Source: a virus | Lineage: Duplodnaviria > Caudoviricetes | Reading direction: 5' to 3' (one strand) | Virus record (IMG/VR): IMGVR_UViG_2920951204_000001 | Location: 32,001 to 96,000 of that record | Length of the DNA: 64,000 nucleotides | Shown: positions 47,012-56,590 of the stretch, piece after piece | Layout of the letters: each line of letters opens with the position of its first letter | Numbering within the stretch: the stretch's first letter is position 1 | Translations under genes and position numbers: made by a program | Notes under the pieces: model-generated | The model's input: the letters and a program-made list of their open reading frames with translations, nothing else | Told to the model about the DNA's origin: nothing | The model's database searches: none

Positions 47012-49528
47012 ATGGCTGGTATTAGCGTACCTCAATACGAAATTTTTAAAATTGGAACAAATAAATTAAAATATTCTAATTGGGATTTACAGATTACAGA
47101 AAAGGAAGCCTTTAAATATCAAGAATTAATTTCATTGTTTCAAGGAAGACATTTCTTGATTATGGCAAATAAAATATTACATAAGAATATAAATGAAATA
47201 GATTTTTCAAAAATTTTTATTCAAATCGTAATAGATAGAAAAACAGATTTTACAAGAGCAACTGGTAAAAAAGGTATAACTGTTAATGGAATAAACTATA
47301 GACGTTTTGTTGGAACAACAGGAGGATTGAAAAATAATACTCTTCTCTTTTGTAATTCACAATATATAGACAAGTTAAATGAACTATGTGAATGTAAAAG
47401 AAACCCAAAAGTAAAATTAGTGCCAGCAAAATATGAAGCATACAAAGCATTAACATGTTCAGCTTCACAACCAATTTGTGATCCGCATGGGATTTTAGTT
47501 GTAAAAGATTGTATTACACAATATTTTGCAGATGTTATATCACTTGACGATAGCGATGGTTCAAAAGAACCAACAAGAGAATTTATTAAAAATAAACCTC
47601 TTGAAAATAATGTATCAGACGGTTTTAATCTTTGTACTATTCAATATATGCAGCGGGTAACTGAATCGTTAGGTCTTGATTATATTCCTGGTGGTGTATG
47701 TTTAAGAAATGCATGGCTCAAAGGAATGCTCTATCCGTTTCCTATTTATGAATTTATTGAAAAATATAATAATGGAAATTATATGATTGAAGATATTTGG
47801 GGTAATATTCAAGATATTCGTCAATGTGAGATGATTATTACAGAATCTTCTCTCAAATTATGGGGGGCGTATGATAACATTGAGCAATATGTGAATGCAT
47901 ATAAGGAATGTGGATACGGATTTTCCGTAACAAAAATTTCACCACATGTTCTTGAGGAACAGAGAGAATTGAATTACCAGTATCTTCAGTCGTATGAATT
48001 TACAGATGAAGATATTGAGGAGTTGTGTGCGCCAACGATCAAATATCTAAAAGATGCGATGTGTGGTGACTACTCTTCTACTATTAAGTTTCTTGGAATC
48101 AATGAAAACACAGATGTAAATTCATGGCAACATGCTTTATATACAAGTGAATATATGTTAGGAGATCCATATGTAATAGATTCAGTACATAGATACATCA
48201 AAAAGAAAATGAATGATGCAAAAATCGGCAAATTATTTGTAAACGGTAATTATCAGATCGCAAGTGGTGATCCATTTGCTCTTATGCAATCTATTTGTGG
48301 ATTGAAAGTTACTGGTTTATTAAAAGCAAATGAGTGTTATTCTAAATTCTGGATTGATAAAAATGAGGAAGAAATTGTTCTTTTTAGAAGTCCAATGACA
48401 AGTCACAATAATATTCGCATGTGTAGTGTTAATAACTCAGAAGAATGCCAATATTGGTATCAATACATGAACACTATAATGATTATAAATGGTTGGGATT
48501 CGTTCTGTATGGCTGAGAATGGGGAAGATTGGGACTCGGATCTGAATTTTTCTACTAATAATCCAATTATGAAAAGAAGGTATAGATATTTACCCGCTAT
48601 TGAATGTGTTCAAAGAAATGCAGAAAAAATTGTTGTTACCGAAGCTGCTGTTAAAAAGACAAATAAAGCAGGTATGGGAAATCAAGTTGGAACAATTACA
48701 AACTATGTCACATCTATGATGGAAGTTCAATCTCATTTCAAGAAAAATTCGCCTGAATATAAAGAATTGGAATACAGAATTGAATGTGGTCAGCTCTATC
48801 AACAGAATGAATTGGATAAAATCAAGGGAATCATTGCAAAGCCTATGGAAAGCAGTTGGTATAATTTAGGTGCTTGCGGAGAGAATAAATATTTGCAGTC
48901 CCTTTGTGCATACAGAAAACCATATTTTATGATTTATGTTTACGATGAGACTAAAAGACAATATAAGCAATATATCAAAGAGAGTAATGCCAAGTGTTAT
49001 GCTATCTATAAATGCTCTATTAAAGATTTGTATAATAATGACCATCTTACAGAAGATCAAGAAGATTTTCTTTTCTGGTACGAGAGAAAAATGCCAGTTG
49101 GTACAGGGAACTGTTCTATGAATCAAATTTGTAAATATGTTGAAAGTCAATTAGATGGTTACAAGTCTCAATTACATAAAGACTCTTCTTTTGACTATAA
49201 CGTGTTAAAGGTAAAAAGACGTTGCACTGAAGAACATAGACAAGCACTTCGAGAACTCGAACAATATTATTGTGAATGTGTTGCATCTTACAAAAAGAAA
49301 CAGCATTTGAATGATAAGATGACTGCAAACGAAAATCGGAAATATTTGTGTAATTTTATCAAAGAAAAGGCAAAAATAATTTGTCCAAACGATGATGAGC
49401 GTATGAACATTATTCTTGATATTACTTATGGATATAGGGGTAATCGGCAGTTTTGTTGGGACTGCATAGGAGAACTAATTATTAAACGTTTAGAAGAAAT
49501 GGAGGAAAATTTTGTATATACTGAATGA
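47012..49528 (+). CDS. yonO: YonO-like single-subunit (RdRP-like) DNA-dependent RNA polymerase
   Basis: 838 aa; KG.L, FRSP and catalytic DWDSD motif; SPbeta-like context. Confidence 0.8.
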   Translation: MAGISVPQYEIFKIGTNKLKYSNWDLQITEKEAFKYQELISLFQGRHFLIMANKILHKNINEIDFSKIFIQIVIDRKTDFTRATGKKGITVNGINYRRFVGTTGGLKNNTLLFCNSQYIDKLNELCECKRNPKVKLVPAKYEAYKALTCSASQPICDPHGILVVKDCITQYFADVISLDDSDGSKEPTREFIKNKPLENNVSDGFNLCTIQYMQRVTESLGLDYIPGGVCLRNAWLKGMLYPFPIYEFIEKYNNGNYMIEDIWGNIQDIRQCEMIITESSLKLWGAYDNIEQYVNAYKECGYGFSVTKISPHVLEEQRELNYQYLQSYEFTDEDIEELCAPTIKYLKDAMCGDYSSTIKFLGINENTDVNSWQHALYTSEYMLGDPYVIDSVHRYIKKKMNDAKIGKLFVNGNYQIASGDPFALMQSICGLKVTGLLKANECYSKFWIDKNEEEIVLFRSPMTSHNNIRMCSVNNSEECQYWYQYMNTIMIINGWDSFCMAENGEDWDSDLNFSTNNPIMKRRYRYLPAIECVQRNAEKIVVTEAAVKKTNKAGMGNQVGTITNYVTSMMEVQSHFKKNSPEYKELEYRIECGQLYQQNELDKIKGIIAKPMESSWYNLGACGENKYLQSLCAYRKPYFMIYVYDETKRQYKQYIKESNAKCYAIYKCSIKDLYNNDHLTEDQEDFLFWYERKMPVGTGNCSMNQICKYVESQLDGYKSQLHKDSSFDYNVLKVKRRCTEEHRQALRELEQYYCECVASYKKKQHLNDKMTANENRKYLCNFIKEKAKIICPNDDERMNIILDITYGYRGNRQFCWDCIGELIIKRLEEMEENFVYTE

Positions 49529-50273
49529 AAAAAAATATATTAGAGAGGTATTAGCGTCTGGCAACAAACCAGACAATATCTCGAATGGATATCTAATAAC
49601 ACTGATTACCAAATATTATTTTGACAGAGGGAAAAATCCAAACGCGCTAATTGATATAGTCAAGCAAAAGATGCTTGAATTTAATATTGAAGGTTATCAA
49701 GAATATAGATATGCCAATAAAATCAAAAAATCATGCACTGAGCTATATGAATCAGAATCAAAGAATCTCTTTAGGGAACTTGAATACGTTCCTATCTATG
49801 AAAAAGAATTAAAAGTCGTGGAATCTCTTCCAAATGATCGCCAAAAGAAATTTATGTTTACATTATTTGCTATAGCAAGATATATGAATTGTGAAGGCTG
49901 GATAAATAAAAAAGACTCAAAAGGTCTTTCTGAAGTATTTAAACTTGCTAACGTTACTCTCTCATCTGAGAAAAAGAATAAATTACTATATGAATTATAT
50001 AGCAATGGGTATATTCATTTTGGTAAAAAGGTAAATAATCTTAATATAAGAGTTGATTTAAGCGACACTAATGATGACATCGCTTATAAAATCATTAAAT
50101 TTGAAAATATTGGAAATCAATATATAGGTAATTTTAAAAAGGGTTATAAGCAATGCAAATGCTGTGGAAAAAAGATAAAAGATACAGGAAATAAAAAAAT
50201 GTATTGTAAAAAATGTGCGGAAGAAAAACAATTAGAATCTGATAGAAAATATAAAAATAAGACGAGAAATTGA
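49512..50273 (+). CDS. Protein coupled to the RNAP gene, C-terminal zinc ribbon
   Basis: Overlaps the RNAP stop; CKCCG...YCKKC. Confidence 0.65.
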   Translation: MYILNEKKYIREVLASGNKPDNISNGYLITLITKYYFDRGKNPNALIDIVKQKMLEFNIEGYQEYRYANKIKKSCTELYESESKNLFRELEYVPIYEKELKVVESLPNDRQKKFMFTLFAIARYMNCEGWINKKDSKGLSEVFKLANVTLSSEKKNKLLYELYSNGYIHFGKKVNNLNIRVDLSDTNDDIAYKIIKFENIGNQYIGNFKKGYKQCKCCGKKIKDTGNKKMYCKKCAEEKQLESDRKYKNKTRN

Positions 50274-50630
50274 TTTTTGTCGATAAATAGAAAACTCCAT
50301 TTTCCCCTTAAAAACAAGGCTTTTTTGTGCATTTTTTACAAAAAATTCGTTTTTCTTTGAATGGTATATAGTAACATATATACAATTTCAAATACAAAAA
50401 CGATTGTCTTGGAAGAAACAAACCGACAATCTTTGTATGTCTGTTTTGCTACTTTTCAAGTAGCATTACAGACTAAAATTTATAGATAAAACTTTGCCTA
50501 TAGGGTATTAATTACATACTTTGTCTTAAGTGACATTAATTCACGCAATTATTCATATTGTGTACTCTTTTCTTGTTGGTGACTGTACTACTGTTCTGGT
50601 AGTATGGTTGCCGACTATTCAAAAAAATAT

Positions 50631-50701
50631 CGCAGACGAGTGTAAAGGAAGCATGCGTGGCTCATACTCACGAGGAATACGTTCAATTCGTATGTCTGCA
50701 A
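50631..50701 (+). tRNA. tRNA-Met(CAU), initiator-like (C1:A72) but atypical
   Basis: CGCAGAC/GTCTGCA acceptor, CGTGG-CTCATAC-TCACG, ATACG-TTCAATT-CGTAT. Confidence 0.75.
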
Positions 50702-50702
50702 T

Positions 50703-51473
50703 TCTCCTACTATGTAGGAATGGCTGGTTTCGGGTCATGAGATGTAAATCTCAAAATAAGCGTGGTGACACGTATAAAGTGAGTATATCATGTATATATG
50801 CTTGCGACTACGGTTAGTAGTTTGACGGAAAACACATAGGATTTATACCTAATCTTCTATTCAAGGGCGACTGTTGGCGAATATGATTAGGTAGGTGTCA
50901 TGGAAAAGGCACTGAACATAGAAATATGGGGATGATCCGTGTATAAATGGTGCGAATTCCGCAAGAATTAGTGCTGTTTAAATTGTCATAAAAGCATCTC
51001 AAGTCGAAAGATAGGTGTTTTGTGATGAAGTGTTTCGATAGCAAGAAAGACAGGATGGTGATAACTGGGCTGTACTCAAAAGGTACGGATGGTTAAACGT
51101 ACACCTCATCGTCCATATTTAGGTACATACTTTAATGCTTTGTAAGTCTTGTAGAAGAATTAATATTTTATATACAGCAAAAGTGTGTGCGACTTTAGAG
51201 AAACAAACAACTTATTCATCTGCAATATGATGATATATAGCACTCGCAAGGTACTATATAAGAAAGTACAAGTAGACGCAACCGTAAGAGATTCGCATTC
51301 TCTGAACCTCGCAAGGGACGATGTATCAAAAGAAAATCTATAATACTCTAAAGTAAGAGTTTACCAATTTTCACAAAATTGGCGTTGTTGCTACCTACTG
51401 TCTAATCGACAGTGTGATAAGTTGTGTCCAACCACAATAAATGGTAGCGTAATGAGTCAATATCTCAGCTCAT
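50703..51473 (+). ncRNA. Large structured ncRNA, GOLLD/ROOL-like; ends approximate
   Basis: About 770 nt without a credible ORF, between two tRNAs; several GCAA/GAAA-capped hairpins; followed by a terminator-like hairpin at 51482-51509. Confidence 0.6.
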
Positions 51474-51515
51474 ATTAAATAAAAGTCTCGTGTTTTACAC
51501 GGGATTTTTCATTTT

Positions 51516-51587
51516 TGGCATATAGAACAATGGTAGTTCAGCGCACTGTTAATGCGAAAGTTGCAGGTTCAAATCCTGCTATGCCAG
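51516..51587 (+). tRNA. tRNA-Asn(GUU)
   Basis: TGGCATA/TATGCCA, CGCA-CTGTTAA-TGCG, GCAGG-TTCAAAT-CCTGC. Confidence 0.88.
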
Positions 51588-51636
51588 TTCTCTTCCACTA
51601 CTTGTGGAAAATATATTATAAAGGATGTGAATTAAC

Positions 51637-51810
51637 ATAATTCAGATTAGTAAAAACGAAGCCTTAGAATTAAATTCTATGGGATTTAAATTTGGTGACA
51701 GCGAAATGCTTCATAAGTCAAAAACACGTCATCCAAAGTATTATCTTACAGAAAATCCAAGAGCCTTGAGAACTTTAAATAAAATCAGAAAAAACAAAAT
51801 CGTCAGATAG
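51637..51810 (+). CDS. Small basic protein (57 aa), ATA start, not in ORF track
   Basis: (I)IQISKNEALELNSMG...PKYYLTE...; SD AAGGATGTG. Confidence 0.55.
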   Translation: MIQISKNEALELNSMGFKFGDSEMLHKSKTRHPKYYLTENPRALRTLNKIRKNKIVR

Positions 51811-51842
51811 ACGAAATATATAAGGAAAGGTGGTCGAAAACC

Positions 51843-53075
51843 ATCGGAAAGAAATTTTTCTTAGATACAAATGCTATCTTAAAATTAAAAGATAATGCAT
51901 TTGAAAATCATTTTATTATTAGTTCTGTAACATTAGAAGAACTAGAATCTATTAAAATATCTTCAAAAAAAGACGAAGAAGTCAAATATAGTTCCAGAAA
52001 AGTTTTACATTTATTAGACGAAAATACTGATAAATATGATGTAATTATTTATGACAACACAATTGAAAACCACATACTTGCTAACAATATGGAAATTACA
52101 CCAGATACAAAAATAGTTGGATGTTGTTCTTTTGCCGAAAAAATATATCCAAATGATGAACTAGTTTTTGTTACTAATGATATTGCGTGCAAAATGATTG
52201 CAAGTAAGATATTTAATTTATCTGTTGAAAGTATTTCTGAGAATAATACAGATATTTATAAAGGTTATCGTGAAGTAACTTTAAATGAAGAAAAAATGGC
52301 TCATTTTTATGAAAACTTAAATGAGAACACGTTAAATTTATTAACAAACGAATATGTCATTCTCAAAGATTTAAACAATAACGTTGTTGATAAATTAAAA
52401 TGGGATGGAGAAACTTATCAAACAATCAGGTGTAAACCTTATAAATCAAACTCGTTTGGGACGCTTAAACCATTAGACGATATCCAAGCTTTTGCCATGG
52501 ATTCAATCAACACTAATGATATTACTGTGTTATATGGCAAAGCAGGAAGTGGTAAAACTACTCTTCCACTTAATTATATTATGCAGGAAATTGAAAAAGG
52601 CAGATATAAAAAATGTTATATAATTTATTCTTATGAACCATTAAAGGGTGCCAAAACACTTGGGTTTGAAAAGGGCGACCATATTACAAAATTAATTTAC
52701 TCTGCTTCTATTGGCAACATACTTTCATCTAAATTCGGAGATATTCAGCAAGTTGAATATATGATAGATAGAGATATGTTAGAGATTATTCCTACTGCAA
52801 ATATACGTGGTTGGGAGTGTCCAGAAAACAGTATTTTACTCTCCACAGAAAGTCAGAACTTAGATGTTTATACTCTCAAAACAATTATTCAGCGTTGCAA
52901 GTCTGGTTGTAAACAGATTTATGAAGGGGATGTAATTGAACAGAAAGATACTAATGTTCAAAACATTGGTATGAATCGTTTAATCGAAGTATTTAAAGGA
53001 CACAAAAGTTTTGGCTGCGTTAAGTTAAAAAATAATTATAGATCAGAACTCAGTGAGTTGGCTGATTTGATGTAA
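51843..53075 (+). CDS. phoH: PIN-PhoH (PhoH2-type) protein, likely ATC start
   Basis: Frame extends 82 codons upstream of the listed ORF to IGKKFFLDTN (PIN); GKAGSGKT, RG, ESQN, YRS PhoH motifs. Confidence 0.85.
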   Translation: MGKKFFLDTNAILKLKDNAFENHFIISSVTLEELESIKISSKKDEEVKYSSRKVLHLLDENTDKYDVIIYDNTIENHILANNMEITPDTKIVGCCSFAEKIYPNDELVFVTNDIACKMIASKIFNLSVESISENNTDIYKGYREVTLNEEKMAHFYENLNENTLNLLTNEYVILKDLNNNVVDKLKWDGETYQTIRCKPYKSNSFGTLKPLDDIQAFAMDSINTNDITVLYGKAGSGKTTLPLNYIMQEIEKGRYKKCYIIYSYEPLKGAKTLGFEKGDHITKLIYSASIGNILSSKFGDIQQVEYMIDRDMLEIIPTANIRGWECPENSILLSTESQNLDVYTLKTIIQRCKSGCKQIYEGDVIEQKDTNVQNIGMNRLIEVFKGHKSFGCVKLKNNYRSELSELADLM

Positions 53076-54580
53076 CTGTGAACGCACACTCGTGACTTTA
53101 GTCATGAGTAAGTGAGCGAAATAGAGAATAATATAATGAGAGGAGGATATTTGTCAATGAAAGTATATTCATCGTATAAAGTAAAAATCAAAAATTACAA
53201 CAAGATATTTAATGATACAGTAAAGATATATCGTGAAGCAGTATCCTTCTTTATAAATATTTGTGATAAAGAATGGGTCATATTGAAAGACATAAAGAAT
53301 CTTGAGCGTTGCAGAGAAATTGAGAGATTATCTCTATCTACTAAAAAGAATCCGAATCCAAAATACGATTTCAATGCAATGTTTTATAAGATGCCATCTT
53401 ATCTAAGGCGCTCCGCTATTAATATAGCTACAGGATGTTATTCTTCTTATTATTCTAATTTTCAGAATTGGGAAGAAAACACAACAGGTAAAAAACCAAT
53501 CTTACAATTGGACAGAAGTGTTATGCCAGTATTATATAAAGATAATATGTATATTCGTACTGATGAAACTCATGCTCAAATCAAAATCTTTCACAAGAAT
53601 GATTGGGTTTGGTTGAATGTGGAATTAAAAAATCAGGATGTGAAATACATTCAGAAACATTGTAAATTGAAAAAAGAATATGTTCCAACGTTAAAGAAAC
53701 AAGGAAAATGTTGGTATCTTGTATTTCCATTTTCAGACGATGCGAAATTTCAAAAAGTAGATATTCAAGATCAGATTATTTGTGCAGTTGATTTAGGATT
53801 AAATAATAATGCAACCTGTTCAATAATGCAGAGTGATGGAACTGTCGTTGGAAGAAAATTTATCAATCTTGCAACAGAAAAAGACCATTTATACAAAGCA
53901 TTAAACAGAATTAAGAAAGCACAACAAAATGGTACAAGAAAATGTCCTACTCTTTGGAAACACGTAAATGATTTAAACACAGATATTAGTCGTAAGGCGG
54001 CAAAAGGAATTATAGACTTTGCAGTTCTATACAATGCGGATGTTATTGTATTTGAGTTCTTAGATACACAAGGTAAGAAATCTGGAAAAGGTAAACAAAA
54101 ACTTGCTTTGTGGCGTAAGAAAGAAATTCAAAGAATCGTGGAACATCATGCTCACATTTTAGGAATAAGAATTAGTAGGATTTGTGCTTGGAACACAAGT
54201 AGATTAGCATTTGATGGTTCTGGCAGAGTAGAAAGAGGAACTTATATTCAAAATGGTAAAGAAAAGTATAACTACTCTATCTGTACTTTTCAAAATGGTA
54301 AACAATACCATTGTGATTTAAACGCAACTTATAATATTGGAGCAAGATATTTTATAAGAGAACTTTTAAAATCCGACTCAGTGATGAGAAGGTTGCCTAG
54401 TCAGACAAAAGATTCTGATTATGGTACGGGAACAACACGCACTTTGTCTACGTTAATTAGACTTAATGCGGATTTATGTGGTATAGCTGCATAATATCTG
54501 AGTTAAGAACTGTATAGTAGATAAGTAATCCGATTTCTAAAGAATTGGAAGCACGTCACTTTAGTGGTGTGAGTGCTCAC
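53076..54580 (+). mobile_element. Non-autonomous IS200/IS605-family element (tnpB only); ends approximate
   Basis: Hairpins ACTCGTGACTTTAGTCATGAGT (left) and CACGTCACTTTAGTGGTGTG...TCAC (right). Confidence 0.75.
53157..54494 (+). CDS. tnpB: TnpB-related nuclease
   Basis: AVDLG, VFEFL, NTS, CDLNA RuvC motifs; MKVYSSYK start after SD AGGAGG. Confidence 0.85.
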   Translation: MKVYSSYKVKIKNYNKIFNDTVKIYREAVSFFINICDKEWVILKDIKNLERCREIERLSLSTKKNPNPKYDFNAMFYKMPSYLRRSAINIATGCYSSYYSNFQNWEENTTGKKPILQLDRSVMPVLYKDNMYIRTDETHAQIKIFHKNDWVWLNVELKNQDVKYIQKHCKLKKEYVPTLKKQGKCWYLVFPFSDDAKFQKVDIQDQIICAVDLGLNNNATCSIMQSDGTVVGRKFINLATEKDHLYKALNRIKKAQQNGTRKCPTLWKHVNDLNTDISRKAAKGIIDFAVLYNADVIVFEFLDTQGKKSGKGKQKLALWRKKEIQRIVEHHAHILGIRISRICAWNTSRLAFDGSGRVERGTYIQNGKEKYNYSICTFQNGKQYHCDLNATYNIGARYFIRELLKSDSVMRRLPSQTKDSDYGTGTTRTLSTLIRLNADLCGIAA

Positions 54581-54866
54581 GTAGAGGTAATTGCCTATGA
54601 AGAAATATATTTTAGGTTTTGTAACAGGTGTGTGCTTATTGCCAATTTGGGATTCTCTCACAGAACTATTGCAAGTGGCATTGGAAGTACCAAAAGGTAA
54701 GTTAAGCAAAAAAGTTATAAAAATAAACAATGAACTTCAAGATATTCAAGAACAGTCTGAGCCGGTTAATACTTGCGCTATTGGTTTTCAGATTCCTGAT
54801 GAAGAATATTATGAAGATGATGATTTTTAGAGAGTTGTTCTACTCTCTTATTTTAGTTGTGAAAGG

Positions 54867-55076
54867 ATGAAAAGGATGAATTTTACATATAAAAAGACTA
54901 CAACTACTGCAATGAAAATAGCAGGAATTATAAATACAGACACAATGACAATTGATGTAGATGGTGAAGAAAAGAAACTTTCTACTCTTCTTTCAGATTT
55001 TGATGGTGCTGCCATTGAAATTAATGTGAAAGTTAAAGACGAAGAAGAACTTGATGAGCCTATAGAAGAAGAATAG
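54867..55076 (+). CDS. YonK-like small acidic protein
   Basis: Size, LL.DFDG..I.I motif and position before the YonJ-like gene. Confidence 0.5.
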   Translation: MKRMNFTYKKTTTTAMKIAGIINTDTMTIDVDGEEKKLSTLLSDFDGAAIEINVKVKDEEELDEPIEEE

Positions 55077-55091
55077 AGAGTTGGTGAGTAA

Positions 55092-56324
55092 TTGTATAAT
55101 TTCGAAGAAGAATTAGCAAAATATGGACTAACTCAGGAGAAATATGAACAACTATTAAAAGATTGTTCCAATAAAGTTCAACATATAACAGATGATGACT
55201 GGTCTGAAATTTGTGCAAGATATGGACTTGAATTTAATCCTGATACAATTCGTAAAGGCTCACAGCCACCACTTATAGGTTCTGCTTTCGTATCAGAATA
55301 CTACAAATGGAAAGAAAGTTTAAACCAGTCTGAAAATAAAGATGATGAATATTTTGAAAAACTGCGTTTAGAAAAACAGGAAATTCAAAAAGAAAAACGT
55401 AAGTTGTATGATGAGCGTCTTGATATTAATCGTAGACTCCGTGAAGAAGCTAGATTGGAAACAACTATTGAAAAAATTGATGATATGCTCAATAGTATTG
55501 CTGACAATAGATATATTACATATAATAATAATTTTTCTATTGAACAATCTGATAATGATATGATTGTTTGTTTATCAGACCTACATTTGGGTGCAACATA
55601 CTATAATTTTGACGGATATTATGATTCGAATATTGCAAAAGAACGACTTAATCAATATCTTGCAGAAATTATTGAAATTCAGAAAACACACAACGCTGAA
55701 AATTGTGTTGTGTTATTACTTGGAGATCTCATAAGTGGTAACATCCATTCCACGATTTCTGTTACAAACAAAGAAAACGTAATTGAACAGGTAAAGTTAG
55801 CTTGTGAGTATATTTCTGATTTTGTGTATGAACTTGGTAAACATTTTAACAATGTTGAACTTCGTGGAGTTTCAGGTAATCATAGTAGGATTCAAGAGAA
55901 AAAGGAAAATGCCCTTTTGGGTGAACGTTTAGATTCACTTATTGTCTGGTTTATTAAATCTATGTTAAAAAACGCAGACAACATTATAGTATATGATGAA
56001 AATATTGACGAAACGGTATCCACGTTTATTATAAGAGATAAATTATATTTTGGTGTACATGGAGATTTTGATTCTACAAATAGTACCTCTATTGCTAAAT
56101 TAGCCCTTTGGGTAAAAATGACACCATATTGTATACTTTGTGGACATAAACACTTTCCTGCTATGACAGATGTATCTGGCATCAAAGTTGTACAGTCCGG
56201 TAGTCTTGGAGGCAGTGGAGATGAATATACAAGACAGAAACGTTTAACGGGCAAACCATCACAAACAGTATTGATTGTTAATAATAAAGGGATTAAATGC
56301 TGTTATCCTATTGAATTAGATTGA
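55092..56324 (+). CDS. YonJ-like calcineurin-type metallophosphoesterase
   Basis: SDLHLG, GDLISG, GNH, HGD, GHKH motifs. Confidence 0.8.
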   Translation: MYNFEEELAKYGLTQEKYEQLLKDCSNKVQHITDDDWSEICARYGLEFNPDTIRKGSQPPLIGSAFVSEYYKWKESLNQSENKDDEYFEKLRLEKQEIQKEKRKLYDERLDINRRLREEARLETTIEKIDDMLNSIADNRYITYNNNFSIEQSDNDMIVCLSDLHLGATYYNFDGYYDSNIAKERLNQYLAEIIEIQKTHNAENCVVLLLGDLISGNIHSTISVTNKENVIEQVKLACEYISDFVYELGKHFNNVELRGVSGNHSRIQEKKENALLGERLDSLIVWFIKSMLKNADNIIVYDENIDETVSTFIIRDKLYFGVHGDFDSTNSTSIAKLALWVKMTPYCILCGHKHFPAMTDVSGIKVVQSGSLGGSGDEYTRQKRLTGKPSQTVLIVNNKGIKCCYPIELD

Positions 56325-56403
56325 AAGAAAGGTCATCAGTCATCAAGAAAAGATAATCAAAATAACGAGAGTTTGATCACTGTTCAGGATGAAAAATTAT
56401 AAA

Positions 56404-56514
56404 TTATCTATTCGGTAATTTACGCCAATACTGAGACACATGTTCCCATCTATTAAGACGAAAGCGGTCATAGGCATTGACAAATACGATATAAGGATAA
56501 ACACACTTATTCAT
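56404..56514 (-). CDS. 36-aa Arg/aromatic-rich peptide (not in ORF track)
   Basis: MNKCVYPYIVFVNAYDRFRLNRWEHVSQYWRKLPNR; SD GAAAGGGG; own promoter. Confidence 0.75.
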   Translation of the reverse strand: MNKCVYPYIVFVNAYDRFRLNRWEHVSQYWRKLPNR

Positions 56515-56590
56515 ATCTTCATCCCCTTTCTTCAGAATTAATTCTTAGGGAAGGCTGATGACCTAGAATGTGGAGAATCCCACGAATATT

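Noticed and set aside
50530-50817. Listed 95-aa ORF, also 60587-60781, 40766-41047 and 43678-43893
   Set aside because: They overlap tRNA, ncRNA, iterons or low-complexity DNA, lack an RBS and have atypical composition
56364-56531. Miniature or degenerate 16S rRNA gene (further matches ACTGAGACAC, CGAAAGCG, CCCCTTTCT)
   Set aside because: The internal matches are explained by codons and the SD of the minus-strand 36-aa ORF; only the 5' 30-nt segment remains unexplained, so no rRNA was called
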